Shown piece after piece: positions 30,135-40,537 of a DNA stretch of 64,000 bases (position 1 is the first letter of the stretch; each line of letters starts with the position of its first letter). The notes beneath the pieces were generated by a model. That model saw only the letters and a program-made list of their open reading frames with translations. It had not been told where the DNA came from and searched no databases. The stretch is from NCBI GenBank assembly GCA_965224085.1, contig CBDCYI010000011.1:288001-352000 (forward strand), in the 5' to 3' direction. The DNA comes from Candidatus Marinacidobacterales bacterium. Its GTDB lineage: Bacteria > Acidobacteriota > Vicinamibacteria > Marinacidobacterales > SMYC01. The position numbers and the translations under genes are program-made.

Positions 30135-31164
30135 TCATTCGACGAATAGCTTCACTTCGCCGCTTTCTTTCAGCGACGTCACCGCTTGGTCGATGCCGTC
30201 TTGAATCGCTTGCTGCTTCAAATGTTGCTCGATCCGCGGATGCACATCTTCGTAAGACATCAGCTGTCCTTCGATCTTCTCCGACAGCTTGATGATGTGG
30301 TAGCCGAACTGTGTCTCGACGACGGAGCTCAGCCCGCCAGGTTCGAGCGCGAAGGCGGCTTGCTCGAAGGGCGGTACTGTTTGACCGCGCGTCACGGTGA
30401 GCCCGCCGCCGTTTTGCGCTGAGCCTGGATCTTCAGAATGCTCCCGGGCGAGCCCGGCGAAATCCGCCCCGGATTTGGCTTCTTCCAAGATGCCTTCGAT
30501 AGCGGTGAGCACGGTGGCTCGCTCCTCGGCCGTCGCCTCCGGACTGACGCTTTTCAGTATGTGGCTCAACCGCAGCTGCTCCGGCTGGCGCATTTGTTCT
30601 TGATTCTCGTCGTAGAAGCGTCGTTTCGCTTCTGGAGTTACGTTCGCTCGACTGACGATACCCGTCTCGATCAATTTCTGGATGCTCAGATTTCGCTGGA
30701 CTTCATTGCGTAGTTCGTCAAGGGTCATGCCTCGAGTTTCGAGAGCTTGGTCGAACTGATCGGGTTGCGGGAAGCGGCTCTTCATGTTGTCGAGCTCTCT
30801 ATCAACGTCGGCGCTCGCCACAAGCATGTCTCGATCGCGGCTTGCCTGGTAAAGAAGCTGCGCGCCGACCAGTTGATCCAGGACTGTGCGATAGAACGCG
30901 ATGGTCTTGGGGCCGGGGGTTCCGCCCATTTGCGCGTCGGCGCCGGCGATACGCTCGAGAAGCTCGGTTTTCAGGATCGCTACCCCGTTCACGGTCGCGA
31001 CGATGTCGGGGAACGTTTCGGGGTCGGCCGGCTCTTCATTCACTTCCAGAGCCATGGTGGCTTCGGGAGCCACGTCGGGCTCTTCTTCGTTTTTTGTTGT
31101 TGGAGCAGGCGGTGATCCCGAGAGCCAGCAAGCTAGCTGCGAACATGTTCAGACGTGGGTACAT
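30135..31164 (-). CDS. Parvulin-type peptidyl-prolyl isomerase lipoprotein (PrsA/SurA-like); frameshift in an A-run near 31090
   Basis: VATVNG, SHIL, F..LA..HSEDPGSA..GG, F...AF.L..G..S..VETQFGYHII; lipobox ITAC out of frame. Confidence 0.88.
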
Positions 31165-31279
31165 AAAACACACGGGTTTCCTTCCTCTATATCAGGTTTT
31201 TGGATGTCCGTCGCGCGTCATGCGTGGTCGGGCCATCATACGGTGAACAGCGCCGAACCCCCAATTCGCTATCGCCTGA

Positions 31280-32212
31280 GCACCGCCGGGCGGGCGAAGT
31301 AATCCGCCGCGAGCGGATGGGCGTGACCGGATAGCCGTATTGACCTTCGAGCACGAAGCGCGTCGCGCCTGCGGAGCTGGACGAAGTCGGCGCGTCCCAA
31401 GCGAGCGCCACTTCGGCACGTCGTACGTGCCGAACGTTGCGGCATCCGAAATTGACACCGCCTTCGACCCAGCCGGTATCGGTAGCGACGACCTCGGCGC
31501 CTGTCTGGCGCGCGAGTTCGTCGAGCGTGTCGTGCATCTCGGATGGGTTCTGGTCCACGGGAAAGATAAGCGTTCCCGAGGGATAGGTCCGCCCGCCTTG
31601 CTCGATCGTTTTGTCGGAGCTCAATACGCGAAGATCGGCGCGGAGCGCTCCTGCCAGCAAACGCCCGGCCGCGGCCGTGCCCCAGGGCGCGAGGTAGGCG
31701 ACCCGCGCCCGGCCTCCCGTGATCGTCGCGGGGGTCACGCGCTCGCTCCCCGCGGGGCCGAAACTACCGGTGGGTACGACATCGCAGGTGACCGTCTCGA
31801 GGTTGAACAGCTGCGGCAACGACCAGCCCGTAACGTCGTAGATCTCGCTGGGAAGATTTCTCTTGCGCCGGCGCTCTTGCTCTTCCAGAAAGTCATCGCC
31901 GAGCGGGACGTCGGCGTCGAGGATCGTTCGAATGAGCCGCTTCGCCGGCTGCGCGAGCTCGACGATCAGGCTTCCTGCGGGAAAGTCGCCGCTGCGGCCG
32001 CAGCCCGTGAAAGCTGCCGTTGCGCGGCTCACTTCGATACCGTGCTCGGCGAGAATGCCCGCGAGCTTTCGCACCGCCGCAGTGTCCCCGGCGTTTCTGA
32101 TGGCGTAGGCCGCAACACTCTCGCTTCGGCCCTCCTCGATGGCGGATTGGGCGCTGGCGGAGCCAGCGAGGAACAGAGTTGAAACAAAAGAAAAGACGGA
32201 CGCACGGACCAT
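31280..32212 (-). pseudogene. M14 zinc-carboxypeptidase-like protein remnant (signal peptide fused to C-terminal region)
   Basis: QPAKRL, IYDVTGWSLP, AG.TRFVLE.QYG; catalytic region absent. Confidence 0.65.
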
Positions 32213-32281
32213 GAAACACACCTCGCTCGATAAAAGAACGCGCGATGTTAGTGCGCGAGTGCTGGTCGAAGCAAGCTGCCG

Positions 32282-32947
32282 CTAACGGCAGTAAGCTTCT
32301 CGGAGGGTGTTGAGGTCACTTGCGGTGAGAAGACTCACCGGATCTTTGGCTTGATTGTGAGCGCCGAAATTGCCTGCCGCCGACATCTTGTCCTCGGAGG
32401 ACGGAGAGTGATCCACGATGCCAAGCACATGGCCGAACTCGTGCGCGGTCGTGTTGGCGATGTCGTTCACGAGAAAGCGCGTGCGCTCGTAGTGGCTACG
32501 CGTCAGCTTGATTTTCGCGTTCACGATGAGCTCGTCGGTGAAGGTGAGCTCTGTGATGCCCATAGCGTTTTCCGGAAGCGGGCCTTTTGTGAGGGACAGG
32601 GTGACCGGGGCTGCGTTCGGAGAGTAGCTCACCCGAAACTGAACCATGCGGCCCATCGTCCGTTGTAAGGCTTCTGCCCAGAGATGGATGCCGCGCTCGA
32701 CGCCTTCGCGGTAGACGTCCAGCAGCGTTTCGGGAATCGGACCGAGATCGACATAGACGTCGACAGGAAAGCTCTGCCACCTTTTCAGTTGGGTCGCCGA
32801 GGCGAAGTTCGGTTGCGCGCCGCAGGTGGCGAGAATCTCCGGCGCCCTATCGGGTGAGCTCGGAAGCGGCGTACAGGCCACCAGCGCGAGTGCGATGTGG
32901 CACAGAAGACCCAAAAGGTAGCGAAAACGAAAGCTCGAAGCGCTCAA
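32282..32947 (-). CDS. Matrixin-family zinc metalloprotease lipoprotein
   Basis: Lipobox LVAC; HEFGHVLGIVDH and Met-turn. Confidence 0.85.
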   Translation of the reverse strand: MSASSFRFRYLLGLLCHIALALVACTPLPSSPDRAPEILATCGAQPNFASATQLKRWQSFPVDVYVDLGPIPETLLDVYREGVERGIHLWAEALQRTMGRMVQFRVSYSPNAAPVTLSLTKGPLPENAMGITELTFTDELIVNAKIKLTRSHYERTRFLVNDIANTTAHEFGHVLGIVDHSPSSEDKMSAAGNFGAHNQAKDPVSLLTASDLNTLREAYCR

Positions 32948-33093
32948 ACGACCCTCGTGAGCAGACAGACGACGGCGTTCGAAAAATGTTTAGTTCCGTT
33001 GCCGCGAAGGTGAACTGGATTGTGGGTTGTTGGATCTAGTGTAGCATTTCACACAAAAAAAGGAAGGGCGAGGAGAGCCTTTCTACTAGGCTA

Positions 33094-34777
33094 GTTCCTG
33101 TCCAGAAACACCATAACTTGTGGTGTACGAGAGGCCTATCGAAGATGTGGGTATTATACGTTTTCAGTCGGCACCTCGTAGGCTCGGAAGCGAATGAAAA
33201 TCTTGGACGAAACGAGAGGCGAATCGTCAGCAATCCATGGCTATAAACGCAGTAAGAGTAATCATTATTATCGTAATAGGTGCCTTGCCATTACCAACAG
33301 GTTGCAGGTGATGATGGAACTCCATACGTAGGATTTGAAAGAAGGCAATGAGCGCCATGTGCATCGGTCGAGACCAAAGACTCGTTTCAAGAACGAAATG
33401 ACGCCTTCGATTCCGCAGCGAAATCGCCGTAGGCGTTGATAGACCCAGGAACTCTTGACCATATCGGTCACCGCGAAGTGAGCCTTGGTAAAGGCAACAT
33501 CTTCAACTCCCTTGCCTTTGATGGCTTCCAAGTTTGCCTTTGAAGAAAACGCGCCATCGTAGGCAACCTGGCGCGGGGCCCGTTCGTAGAGTTCGACTTG
33601 ACGGTCGATCATGGTTTCCGCGAGAGTTGAATCGGACGGATTCCCATCCAAGATCACGCAATCCAAAATCATCGAGGACGAGCCACCAGTCAAACACACC
33701 TTGTGACCGTAGAGAGTCTCGCGCCGGTCTTTGCGAATAATGTCGGTGTGTTCTTCGAAGATCGAAACGACCTTTTCCTCCGCAGGCACACGCTCTTCAT
33801 CAATCACTCTACGCCGAGTTTGGTTGATGACTTTTTCGGTGAGGACGAGAAAGTGCTTAAAATCCGCGGCGATCTTCTCCGCACTCGCTCGCTTCACCGG
33901 CTCGGTCAAGCCGGACTCGTCCAACTGGTCTGCAACGCGTTGAGCGGAGCGATAGGTTTCTTCCGACACCTTCAGTAGATCTCGATAGACGCGACGCCTT
34001 TGTTCCTTATCCTTCGCGTTTAGAACTCCCAGTCGACGTCTCTTCGCTCGACGCGTTCGATTGCCGAAGACCACTACTGTACCCAGCAGTTCGCGAGTTC
34101 GGCACATGAGGCGAGTGAGAACTCGGACGCAGTCATAAAGAAGCTCGGAGTCCGTAGGAGAATGAATATTCGACTCCACTACCGTGCAGTCCACTCGTAC
34201 TTTTCTTCCTTTTTCGATCGCGGTCTTCTCGGCAACACTCACCAACTCTCGGTTGATTTTCTCCAGCGTTTCGAACTTCACGGCTTTGATGTTTGCTGCT
34301 AGGGTCGACTTCGACGGGCTCGGCTCTATGATGCCGAGCTGGCAAAACGTCCGATAGCTTCGAGAGTCTGCCAAGTGAAACGCCAGCTCCCGATAGGTGA
34401 ACTGATTCAGCTGCTTGACCAACAACGCCCGGAGAACCTGCTCCGCGCTCATTCCCCCACGACCAACATCGCTCCCTGCCGATGGGGTGACCGACCTCAG
34501 GTCTTGCAGTACCAGCTCATTCAGCTTAGGATGGGCATCGAGCAGCGATGATATCGTTTCGAGCTCGCGTGCGTGCTCCAGCTCCAGCCAGGGCTCGCGA
34601 AGGCTTGGTTGTGGGTTGATCGTTTTTCGCATTTAGGGCTGGTCTCCTTTGGAGTTAAGTCGTTTAGAATCTGCGTTTTTGTCGACTCGATACTAAACGA
34701 CACTCCCTCAGAAGGCTAGCCCTAAATTTGCGATTACCCCTTTTTTCTCAACCTCTTACACCTGTCAGGACGGGTAC
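33094..34777 (-). mobile_element. Complete ISNCY/IS5-like insertion sequence
   Basis: Imperfect IRs GTTCCTGTCCAGA / GTACCCGTCCTGA; direct repeat TAGGCTA at 33087-33093 and 34778-34784. Confidence 0.8.
33268..34632 (-). CDS. ISNCY-family DDE transposase
   Basis: RVDCTVVESNIHSPTDS.LL.D, EK.VSIFE.HTDII.K, YDG, FR.GIEG.IS.LKR.FGL. Confidence 0.92.
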   Translation of the reverse strand: MRKTINPQPSLREPWLELEHARELETISSLLDAHPKLNELVLQDLRSVTPSAGSDVGRGGMSAEQVLRALLVKQLNQFTYRELAFHLADSRSYRTFCQLGIIEPSPSKSTLAANIKAVKFETLEKINRELVSVAEKTAIEKGRKVRVDCTVVESNIHSPTDSELLYDCVRVLTRLMCRTRELLGTVVVFGNRTRRAKRRRLGVLNAKDKEQRRRVYRDLLKVSEETYRSAQRVADQLDESGLTEPVKRASAEKIAADFKHFLVLTEKVINQTRRRVIDEERVPAEEKVVSIFEEHTDIIRKDRRETLYGHKVCLTGGSSSMILDCVILDGNPSDSTLAETMIDRQVELYERAPRQVAYDGAFSSKANLEAIKGKGVEDVAFTKAHFAVTDMVKSSWVYQRLRRFRCGIEGVISFLKRVFGLDRCTWRSLPSFKSYVWSSIITCNLLVMARHLLR

Positions 34778-34820
34778 TAGGCTAGTTGCATCGACGTGCC
34801 CATCCCTTTATCCTCCCGCG

Positions 34821-35027
34821 ATGGTGCGCTATCCAAAATGGCTGTTCGCGCTCGTGCCCGGCCTCATCGTGTTGCACCTGAACTATTGGATGTGGGATGA
34901 CACACGCCTTGTCTTCGGCCTGCCCGTAAACTTGCTGTACCACATCCTTTTGTGCGCATCGCTTGGCTTTATCATGCGCAGCCTAGTGAAGCGCGCCTGG
35001 CCTTCTTACCTGGACGACGACGGATAA
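34821..35027 (+). CDS. DUF3311-like small membrane protein (symporter partner)
   Basis: W.WDD..LVFGLP, directly upstream of the symporter. Confidence 0.75.
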   Translation: MVRYPKWLFALVPGLIVLHLNYWMWDDTRLVFGLPVNLLYHILLCASLGFIMRSLVKRAWPSYLDDDG

Positions 35028-35041
35028 GGCCTTTTTTCGAA

Positions 35042-36523
35042 GTGACGCCGGTTCTCTCCATCCTTCTGCTTTATCTTGGCGGTGTGCTCGCCGTCGGGCT
35101 CTGGGGTCACCGCATGTTTCGTGGCACCGGGGAGGACTTCTTTCTCGCGAGCCGCACGATTGGCCCCTTCGTGCTCCTGATGACGCTCTTCGGGACCAAC
35201 ATGACCGCCTTCAGCGTTCTAGGAGCGTCGGGTGAAGCCCATCGACACGGCATCGGCGTGTTTCTCTTGATGGGGACGGGCTCGGCGGTCGTGATCCCGC
35301 TCGTCTTCTACTTCGTCGGGATTCGGCTCTGGTGGCTCGGCAAGCGAGAAGGCTTCGTGACGCAGGCTCAGTTCCTCCGTGCCCGTTACGGCTTCGACGC
35401 CCTTGGGCTCGTCTCATTCGTCGTGCTGATCGCCCTTTTGATCCCGTATGTCTTGATCGGCGTCAAAGGCGGCGGCGACGTTTTGACAGCGCTCACCGGC
35501 GGCGCCCAGGAGGGTTTACCCTCTTGGGTCGGAAGCCTCTTGATGTGCAGCGTCATCTTCACCTATGTCACCTATGGCGGGATGCGCAGCACGGCCTGGG
35601 CGAACACGTTTCAAACGCTCGTCTTCATGACCGTCGGCGCTCTCGCCTTTTTCGCGATTTTCGGTGAGTATGGCGGCCTTCGCGCGGCGATGGAGCGCGT
35701 CGCGGAGAGGGACGAGAGCCTCTTGGCCGTTCCGAAGAACGCTCACGAGCTCTCGAGGATGATCTCCTACTTGTTCCTTCCGTTATCGGCCGGCGTCTTC
35801 CCGCATATTTTCAGCCACTGGCTTTCCGCCAAGAAGGCGGAGACCTTCCGCTTGGCGATCATCTTCTATCCGATCTGCATCACCGTCGTTTGGATACCGA
35901 GCGTCATGCTGGGTGTGGTGGGAAACATCGACTTTCCGCCGCCGACCGAAGGTCCCATTCTCGTTATTCTGATTCTCGAGCACGCGGGGGGTGTTCTCGC
36001 TGGGCTCCTCGCGGCGGGGGTGCTCGCCGCGATCATGTCGTCGCTCGACTCGCAAACGCTCGCGACGGGCTCGATGTTCACAAACGACATCGTGCGCCAT
36101 TACGGCTTCCACGATCGTCTGTCCGAGCGGCAGCAAGTCCTCTTTGGCCGGATCTTCGTCATGGGTTTTCTCGCTATGGTGCTCGTCATTTCGCTTTTCA
36201 CCTCACGCTCGATCTTCAGCGTGGGGGTCTGGTCGCTCTCCGGTTTCGCGGCGCTTTTTCCCGTGCTCGTGGCCGCCCTCTACTGGAAGCGGAGCACGGG
36301 CGCGGGCGCGCTCGCGGGGGTCGTTACCGTGGCCGTGTTGTGGGGTTTGTTCTTCGCGCGCTCTCTCGCCGTCTCCGGCGAGTACACCATGGGCGGCACC
36401 GGGCTTCTTCCCGTGGTAGCGATGTTCGGCGGGTGTTGTATCAGCCTCACGGTGGTGTCACTTTTCACCGCCCCGCCGGATGAGGCCGTGCTGGCAAGGT
36501 TCTTCCCTGAAGAACTGCGCTAG
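35042..36523 (+). CDS. Sodium:solute symporter family protein
   Basis: FFLASR.IG, YV..GGMR.TAW.N.FQ, AAIMSSLDSQ. Confidence 0.92.
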   Translation: MTPVLSILLLYLGGVLAVGLWGHRMFRGTGEDFFLASRTIGPFVLLMTLFGTNMTAFSVLGASGEAHRHGIGVFLLMGTGSAVVIPLVFYFVGIRLWWLGKREGFVTQAQFLRARYGFDALGLVSFVVLIALLIPYVLIGVKGGGDVLTALTGGAQEGLPSWVGSLLMCSVIFTYVTYGGMRSTAWANTFQTLVFMTVGALAFFAIFGEYGGLRAAMERVAERDESLLAVPKNAHELSRMISYLFLPLSAGVFPHIFSHWLSAKKAETFRLAIIFYPICITVVWIPSVMLGVVGNIDFPPPTEGPILVILILEHAGGVLAGLLAAGVLAAIMSSLDSQTLATGSMFTNDIVRHYGFHDRLSERQQVLFGRIFVMGFLAMVLVISLFTSRSIFSVGVWSLSGFAALFPVLVAALYWKRSTGAGALAGVVTVAVLWGLFFARSLAVSGEYTMGGTGLLPVVAMFGGCCISLTVVSLFTAPPDEAVLARFFPEELR

Positions 36524-36559
36524 TATTAAGGTGCTGATTAACGACAAACGACAAATGAC

Positions 36560-38601
36560 ATGCTGGCTCTCACAGGCATCGCGCTCCTTTTTCTGAGCGG
36601 CGTTCTCTTCGGGTGGACGCTTCGGCGCGGGAAATATCGCCGCTATCCGTTCGAGCAATTCGCGCTCGTCGGCGCGAGCGCGGCCATCGGCTTTGCTAGC
36701 GTGCTGACGAGACCGAACGTCGTTCACTGGATTCTCTTCGTCGTCGAGCTCGTGGTGCTCGCCGTCCTCACCTGGTACGTGAGCATGGGCGCGCGATTTT
36801 CGCGCGGAGAAACCAGCTTGAAGCTCGGCGAGCCGTTTCCAAGCTTCACGCTTCCGGACTCCCGCGGCGGGACCTTCGTGTCGAAAAGCCTCGAGGGCCT
36901 CGACGGCAAAACGGCGCTCTACCTCTTCTACCGGGGCCCATGGTGACCGTTCTGCACGAGTGAGCTCGGGCAGCTCCAGAAATTCCAAACGCGGGTCACC
37001 GATGCAGACGCCCGCATTTTCGCTATAAGCGTCGATCCTCCTGAGATCTCGGAAGCCTTCCGGCGAAAGCTCGGGGCCGATTTCACCTTTCTCTCCGACG
37101 AGAACGGTGAGCTTATTGACAAGCTCGACATCCGCCACCGGGGCGGCGGTCCCGGAAAAGATGTTCCATTTCCGACGGGTATCCTCGTCGACAAATACGG
37201 GATCGTTCGCTGGATTTACTACGCCGAGTTCGGCCACATGCGCATGACGCCACAGGACTTGTTCGATGCTCTCGAGAGACCGACGCTCCACGAGCAAAAC
37301 CGCGAGCTCCGCCGAGGCCGCTCCGTCGCCAAAGTGGTGAGACAAGTCTTCTTGATGCAGAAGCCGGACGACCTCGCGCTCGCTATCGATGTCTTGCAGG
37401 ACGAGCTGTTGCGGCTCGGGCTTCGCTTTTCGGTCTGCGGCATCGCCATCATCAATAAGGAAGAGCAGAAGGTGCAGACTTACAGCGCAACGGAGGGCGG
37501 CGGGCTAGTGACAAAGGACCTCTCCGTCCACGGCACGCCGCAGGTCCGGCAGCTCATCGATGCATGGAAAGAACAACGGGTCGAGACCCTGCGCTTCGAC
37601 GGCACTGATTTTGTGGAAGAGGGCGGGCACCCCGAGTGGCGCTGGCTCGTCACTGTGCCGTTCTCGCACGGGGTCCTCTTCGTCGGTGGCTCGCAGGCGG
37701 ACGAGCCGACAGAAGAGCACGTGACGACGCTGACCGAGTTCGCCGATGCGATTTCGGTCGCCTTCCAGCGCTTCGTCGATTTCCGGGAGCTATCAGAGAC
37801 GCAGCTCCAGCTCATTCAGGCCGAGAAAATGGCATCGCTCGGACAGCTCGTCGCCGGCGTCGCCCACGAGCTCAACACGCCCATGGGAGCCATTCACAGC
37901 AATACGCAGACGGAAGGAAAAACGCTCGAGCGTGTCGGTGAACGACTGGCTTCCGCGGAGAGCTTGAGCGCTTCTGAGCTAAAATTGGTTTCGAGCTCCA
38001 TCGACGTACTGCGTGAGATGAACGCCGTCAACGAGACTGCGTCTCGCCGCATCATTCACATCGTCTCGAATCTGAGGAAGTTCGCGCGCCTCGACGAGTC
38101 GGAGTGGCAGAGCATCGACATCACCCAAGGGCTCGAAGAGACGCTCGCTCTCGTCGAGCACAAAACGAAAAATCGCATCTCGGTCGACGAAATCTACGGC
38201 GACATCCCGTACGTGAACTGTTATGCGGGACAGATCAATCAAGTCTTCATGAACCTCATCGTAAATGCCATTCAGGCTATCGACGGACGCGGCCGGATTC
38301 GGATCGAGACGTTTCGTGACGGCGACGAGGCCATCGTGAGCGTTTCTGACGACGGAGCCGGGATCGCCGAAGAGGATCTCGCCCGGATATTCGACCCGGT
38401 TTCACGACCAAGGGTGTCGGTGTAGGGACGGGCCTTGGCTTATCGATCTGCTACCGCATCGTGCAGAACCATGGCGGGCGGCTCACGGTGACGAGCGAGC
38501 TCGGAAAGGGCTCGACCTTTACCGTTGCGATCCCCATTCAAGGTGCGCCTCCCGCCGAGCGTCCGCGGGCGGCGGCCACCTATTCGACGACACCCACGTG
38601 A
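36560..38601 (+). CDS. Candidate selenoprotein: TM - AhpC/TSA redoxin (UxxC) - GAF-like - histidine kinase (1-nt frameshift near 38399)
   Basis: FYRGPW-UGA-PFC continues stop-free into the 37238 ORF. H-box [21 protein letters not shown]-box [11 protein letters not shown]1 DDGAGI; [13 protein letters not shown] lies in the shifted frame. Confidence 0.82.
36944..36980 (+). promoter_or_regulatory. Putative Sec codon and bacterial SECIS element
   Basis: TGA, then TCTG..GAGCT-CGGGC-AGCTC-CAGA hairpin; apical loop about 20 nt downstream with G in second position. Confidence 0.65.
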
Positions 38602-38608
38602 GACTGCC

Positions 38609-38857
38609 ATGCCAGCTAGAAACGATATCGAGCTCGTCAACGTTTTCGACTCTGCGAACCCGGGTCTCTTAGCCCTCGCGAAATCGCTTCTCGAAGGTGC
38701 CGGCATCGAATACCTCGCCGTGGGTGAGAACGCGGGGGCCGTGTTTTCCGGCAATCCTTTCCTGGGGAAGGTGCGCCTCGACGTCGCCAAAGATCGCGCG
38801 GAAGAGGCGACGGCGCTTCTCGCCGAGCTCCAAGACGAACCTCCCGCGTCTTCCTGA
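38609..38857 (+). CDS. DUF2007-like protein
   Basis: LAKSLLE.AGIEY...GE, V.L.V...RAEEA. Confidence 0.8.
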   Translation: MPARNDIELVNVFDSANPGLLALAKSLLEGAGIEYLAVGENAGAVFSGNPFLGKVRLDVAKDRAEEATALLAELQDEPPASS

Positions 38858-38907
38858 CAAACATCTTCTTGCCGTACGGACGCCGGCCGTAATACCCTTG
38901 GCACCCC

Positions 38908-39969
38908 ATGTCCAAGCGCGCCACCGCTACCTTTCTCGTCTTTCTCTGGGTCGCCATCGAAGTCAAGCCGCAGGAGCCGGCGGCGTGGCCTCAGTGGGGT
39001 GATGACCTCATCTTTCACACTTTCTCGATCGCCGCGATCGATCCCGAAACGGGTGAATCCGGCGTCGCTGTCACGACACGCAACCCGTGTGTCGGCAACG
39101 GCGTGCCCTGGGTGCGCGCAGGCGTTGGCGCGGTTGCGACGCAAGCGAGCACGCGGACGGCGTACGGAAACGAAATCCTCGATCTGCTCGCGGAGGGCCA
39201 CAGCGCGGAGGAAGCGCTCAGCCGCACCATCGCCGATGACGAGCGGGCCGCGCATCGTCAGATCGGCGCGATCGGATTGAAAGGCGGCACCGCGCAACAT
39301 ACGGGCTCCGAAACGCGCTCCTGGTCGGGTCAACTTGCGGGCCGGAACTACGTGGCGCAAGGGAACTCGCTCGTAGGACCTCAAGTCGTTCAGGCTGTCG
39401 CGCGCTCGTTCGAGTCGTCCGAGGGGAGCGGCCGCCACCTCGCCGACCGCCTCATCACAGGGCTCGAAGCGGGCCAAGCGACCGGCGGCGATGCACGCAA
39501 AGGTCGTACGCAGTCCGCGGCGGTCATAGTCGCGGACCCGCGCGAAGGGCATTCACGCCGACCCGACCGGGTCTCGACCCACGTGAACGTCTGCGAGAAC
39601 GAAGCGCCCGTCGCGGAGCTCCGGCATATCTACGACACGATCGGCCAGACGCTCGGTTTTCGGACGCTGCAGCAATATTCGGGCCGCGACATCGTACAGC
39701 TCAAGATCATGCTTCACGCGCTTGGCTACTTTCGCGCGGGCCAATCCAAGCTCGCAAGCGAGAACGGCGCTCCTATCTACACAGAGGAGCTCGTCACGGC
39801 CGTGGATGCCTTCCGCAAAGCGGAGGGACTCACGACTTCCGAATCAGGATCCCCACCCGGCCTCGTCGATCGCGACACGGTAGCGTTTCTATGGACGCGC
39901 CTCGAGGAGGCGGGAAAGGCCACCGCCATCCGCGAGCAGATCAAAGAGATCACGGCCGTCACGCGGTAG
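38908..39969 (+). CDS. DUF1028 Ntn-hydrolase-like protein with C-terminal peptidoglycan-binding-like domain
   Basis: TFSIAAIDPETGE.GVAV, GAVATQA, GGD.R..QSAA. Confidence 0.88.
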   Translation: MSKRATATFLVFLWVAIEVKPQEPAAWPQWGDDLIFHTFSIAAIDPETGESGVAVTTRNPCVGNGVPWVRAGVGAVATQASTRTAYGNEILDLLAEGHSAEEALSRTIADDERAAHRQIGAIGLKGGTAQHTGSETRSWSGQLAGRNYVAQGNSLVGPQVVQAVARSFESSEGSGRHLADRLITGLEAGQATGGDARKGRTQSAAVIVADPREGHSRRPDRVSTHVNVCENEAPVAELRHIYDTIGQTLGFRTLQQYSGRDIVQLKIMLHALGYFRAGQSKLASENGAPIYTEELVTAVDAFRKAEGLTTSESGSPPGLVDRDTVAFLWTRLEEAGKATAIREQIKEITAVTR

Positions 39970-40007
39970 CGCTCGCCTAAAACGCTACAGCATTTGGCTG
40001 ACGCGAC

Positions 40008-40334
40008 CTATTTCTTCTTGGTCTTCTTCGTCGGCGTGAAGCGGTAGCGCGCCATCGAGAGCTTGCCGTCTTCGCTGAAGCGAACGCCCTCGCTCTCGAG
40101 CAAGCGCCGCTGCAAATCGGGAGGATCGACGAGGTGCTCCGTCGAGATCCCTCCGGAGGCGTTGACCACCCGCTGCCAGGGTACGCCTTCCGGGCAATCT
40201 TGCATCGCCCAGCCGACCGCGCGAGCGGAGAGCGCCCGACTCAGAAGCTCCGCAATTTGCCCGTAGTTCATCACGCGGCCGCGCGGGATACGGCGGACGA
40301 TCGCGTAAACTTCGTCGAACGCCGAGCCCGCCAC
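40008..40334 (-). CDS. Alkyltransferase-like protein (ATL, MGMT family)
   Basis: IPRGRV..YGQIA, ARAVG, PWQRVVN (Trp replacing the catalytic Cys); AGGAGG SD. Confidence 0.88.
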   Translation of the reverse strand: MAGSAFDEVYAIVRRIPRGRVMNYGQIAELLSRALSARAVGWAMQDCPEGVPWQRVVNASGGISTEHLVDPPDLQRRLLESEGVRFSEDGKLSMARYRFTPTKKTKKK

Positions 40335-40537
40335 TACCACCTCCTGAGTGCTAACACCGCTGCCGGCACGACTGCTAGTAGGGCGCCAACATGACAGCTT
40401 GTGCGAAGTAGCTCGCGACGCGCGCCCGCATATTCTCGGTGTCCATATCGATTTCATCGTACTACAGACTGCGTTGCTCAGAAGGAGGCATGTTGGGGAA
40501 AAACTGGTGATAGACTCGCCCTCGCGAGGCAGAGACC

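Noticed and set aside
36560-36946. Stand-alone 128-aa membrane protein
   Set aside because: Its stop codon lies in the redoxin active-site motif and the fold continues in frame
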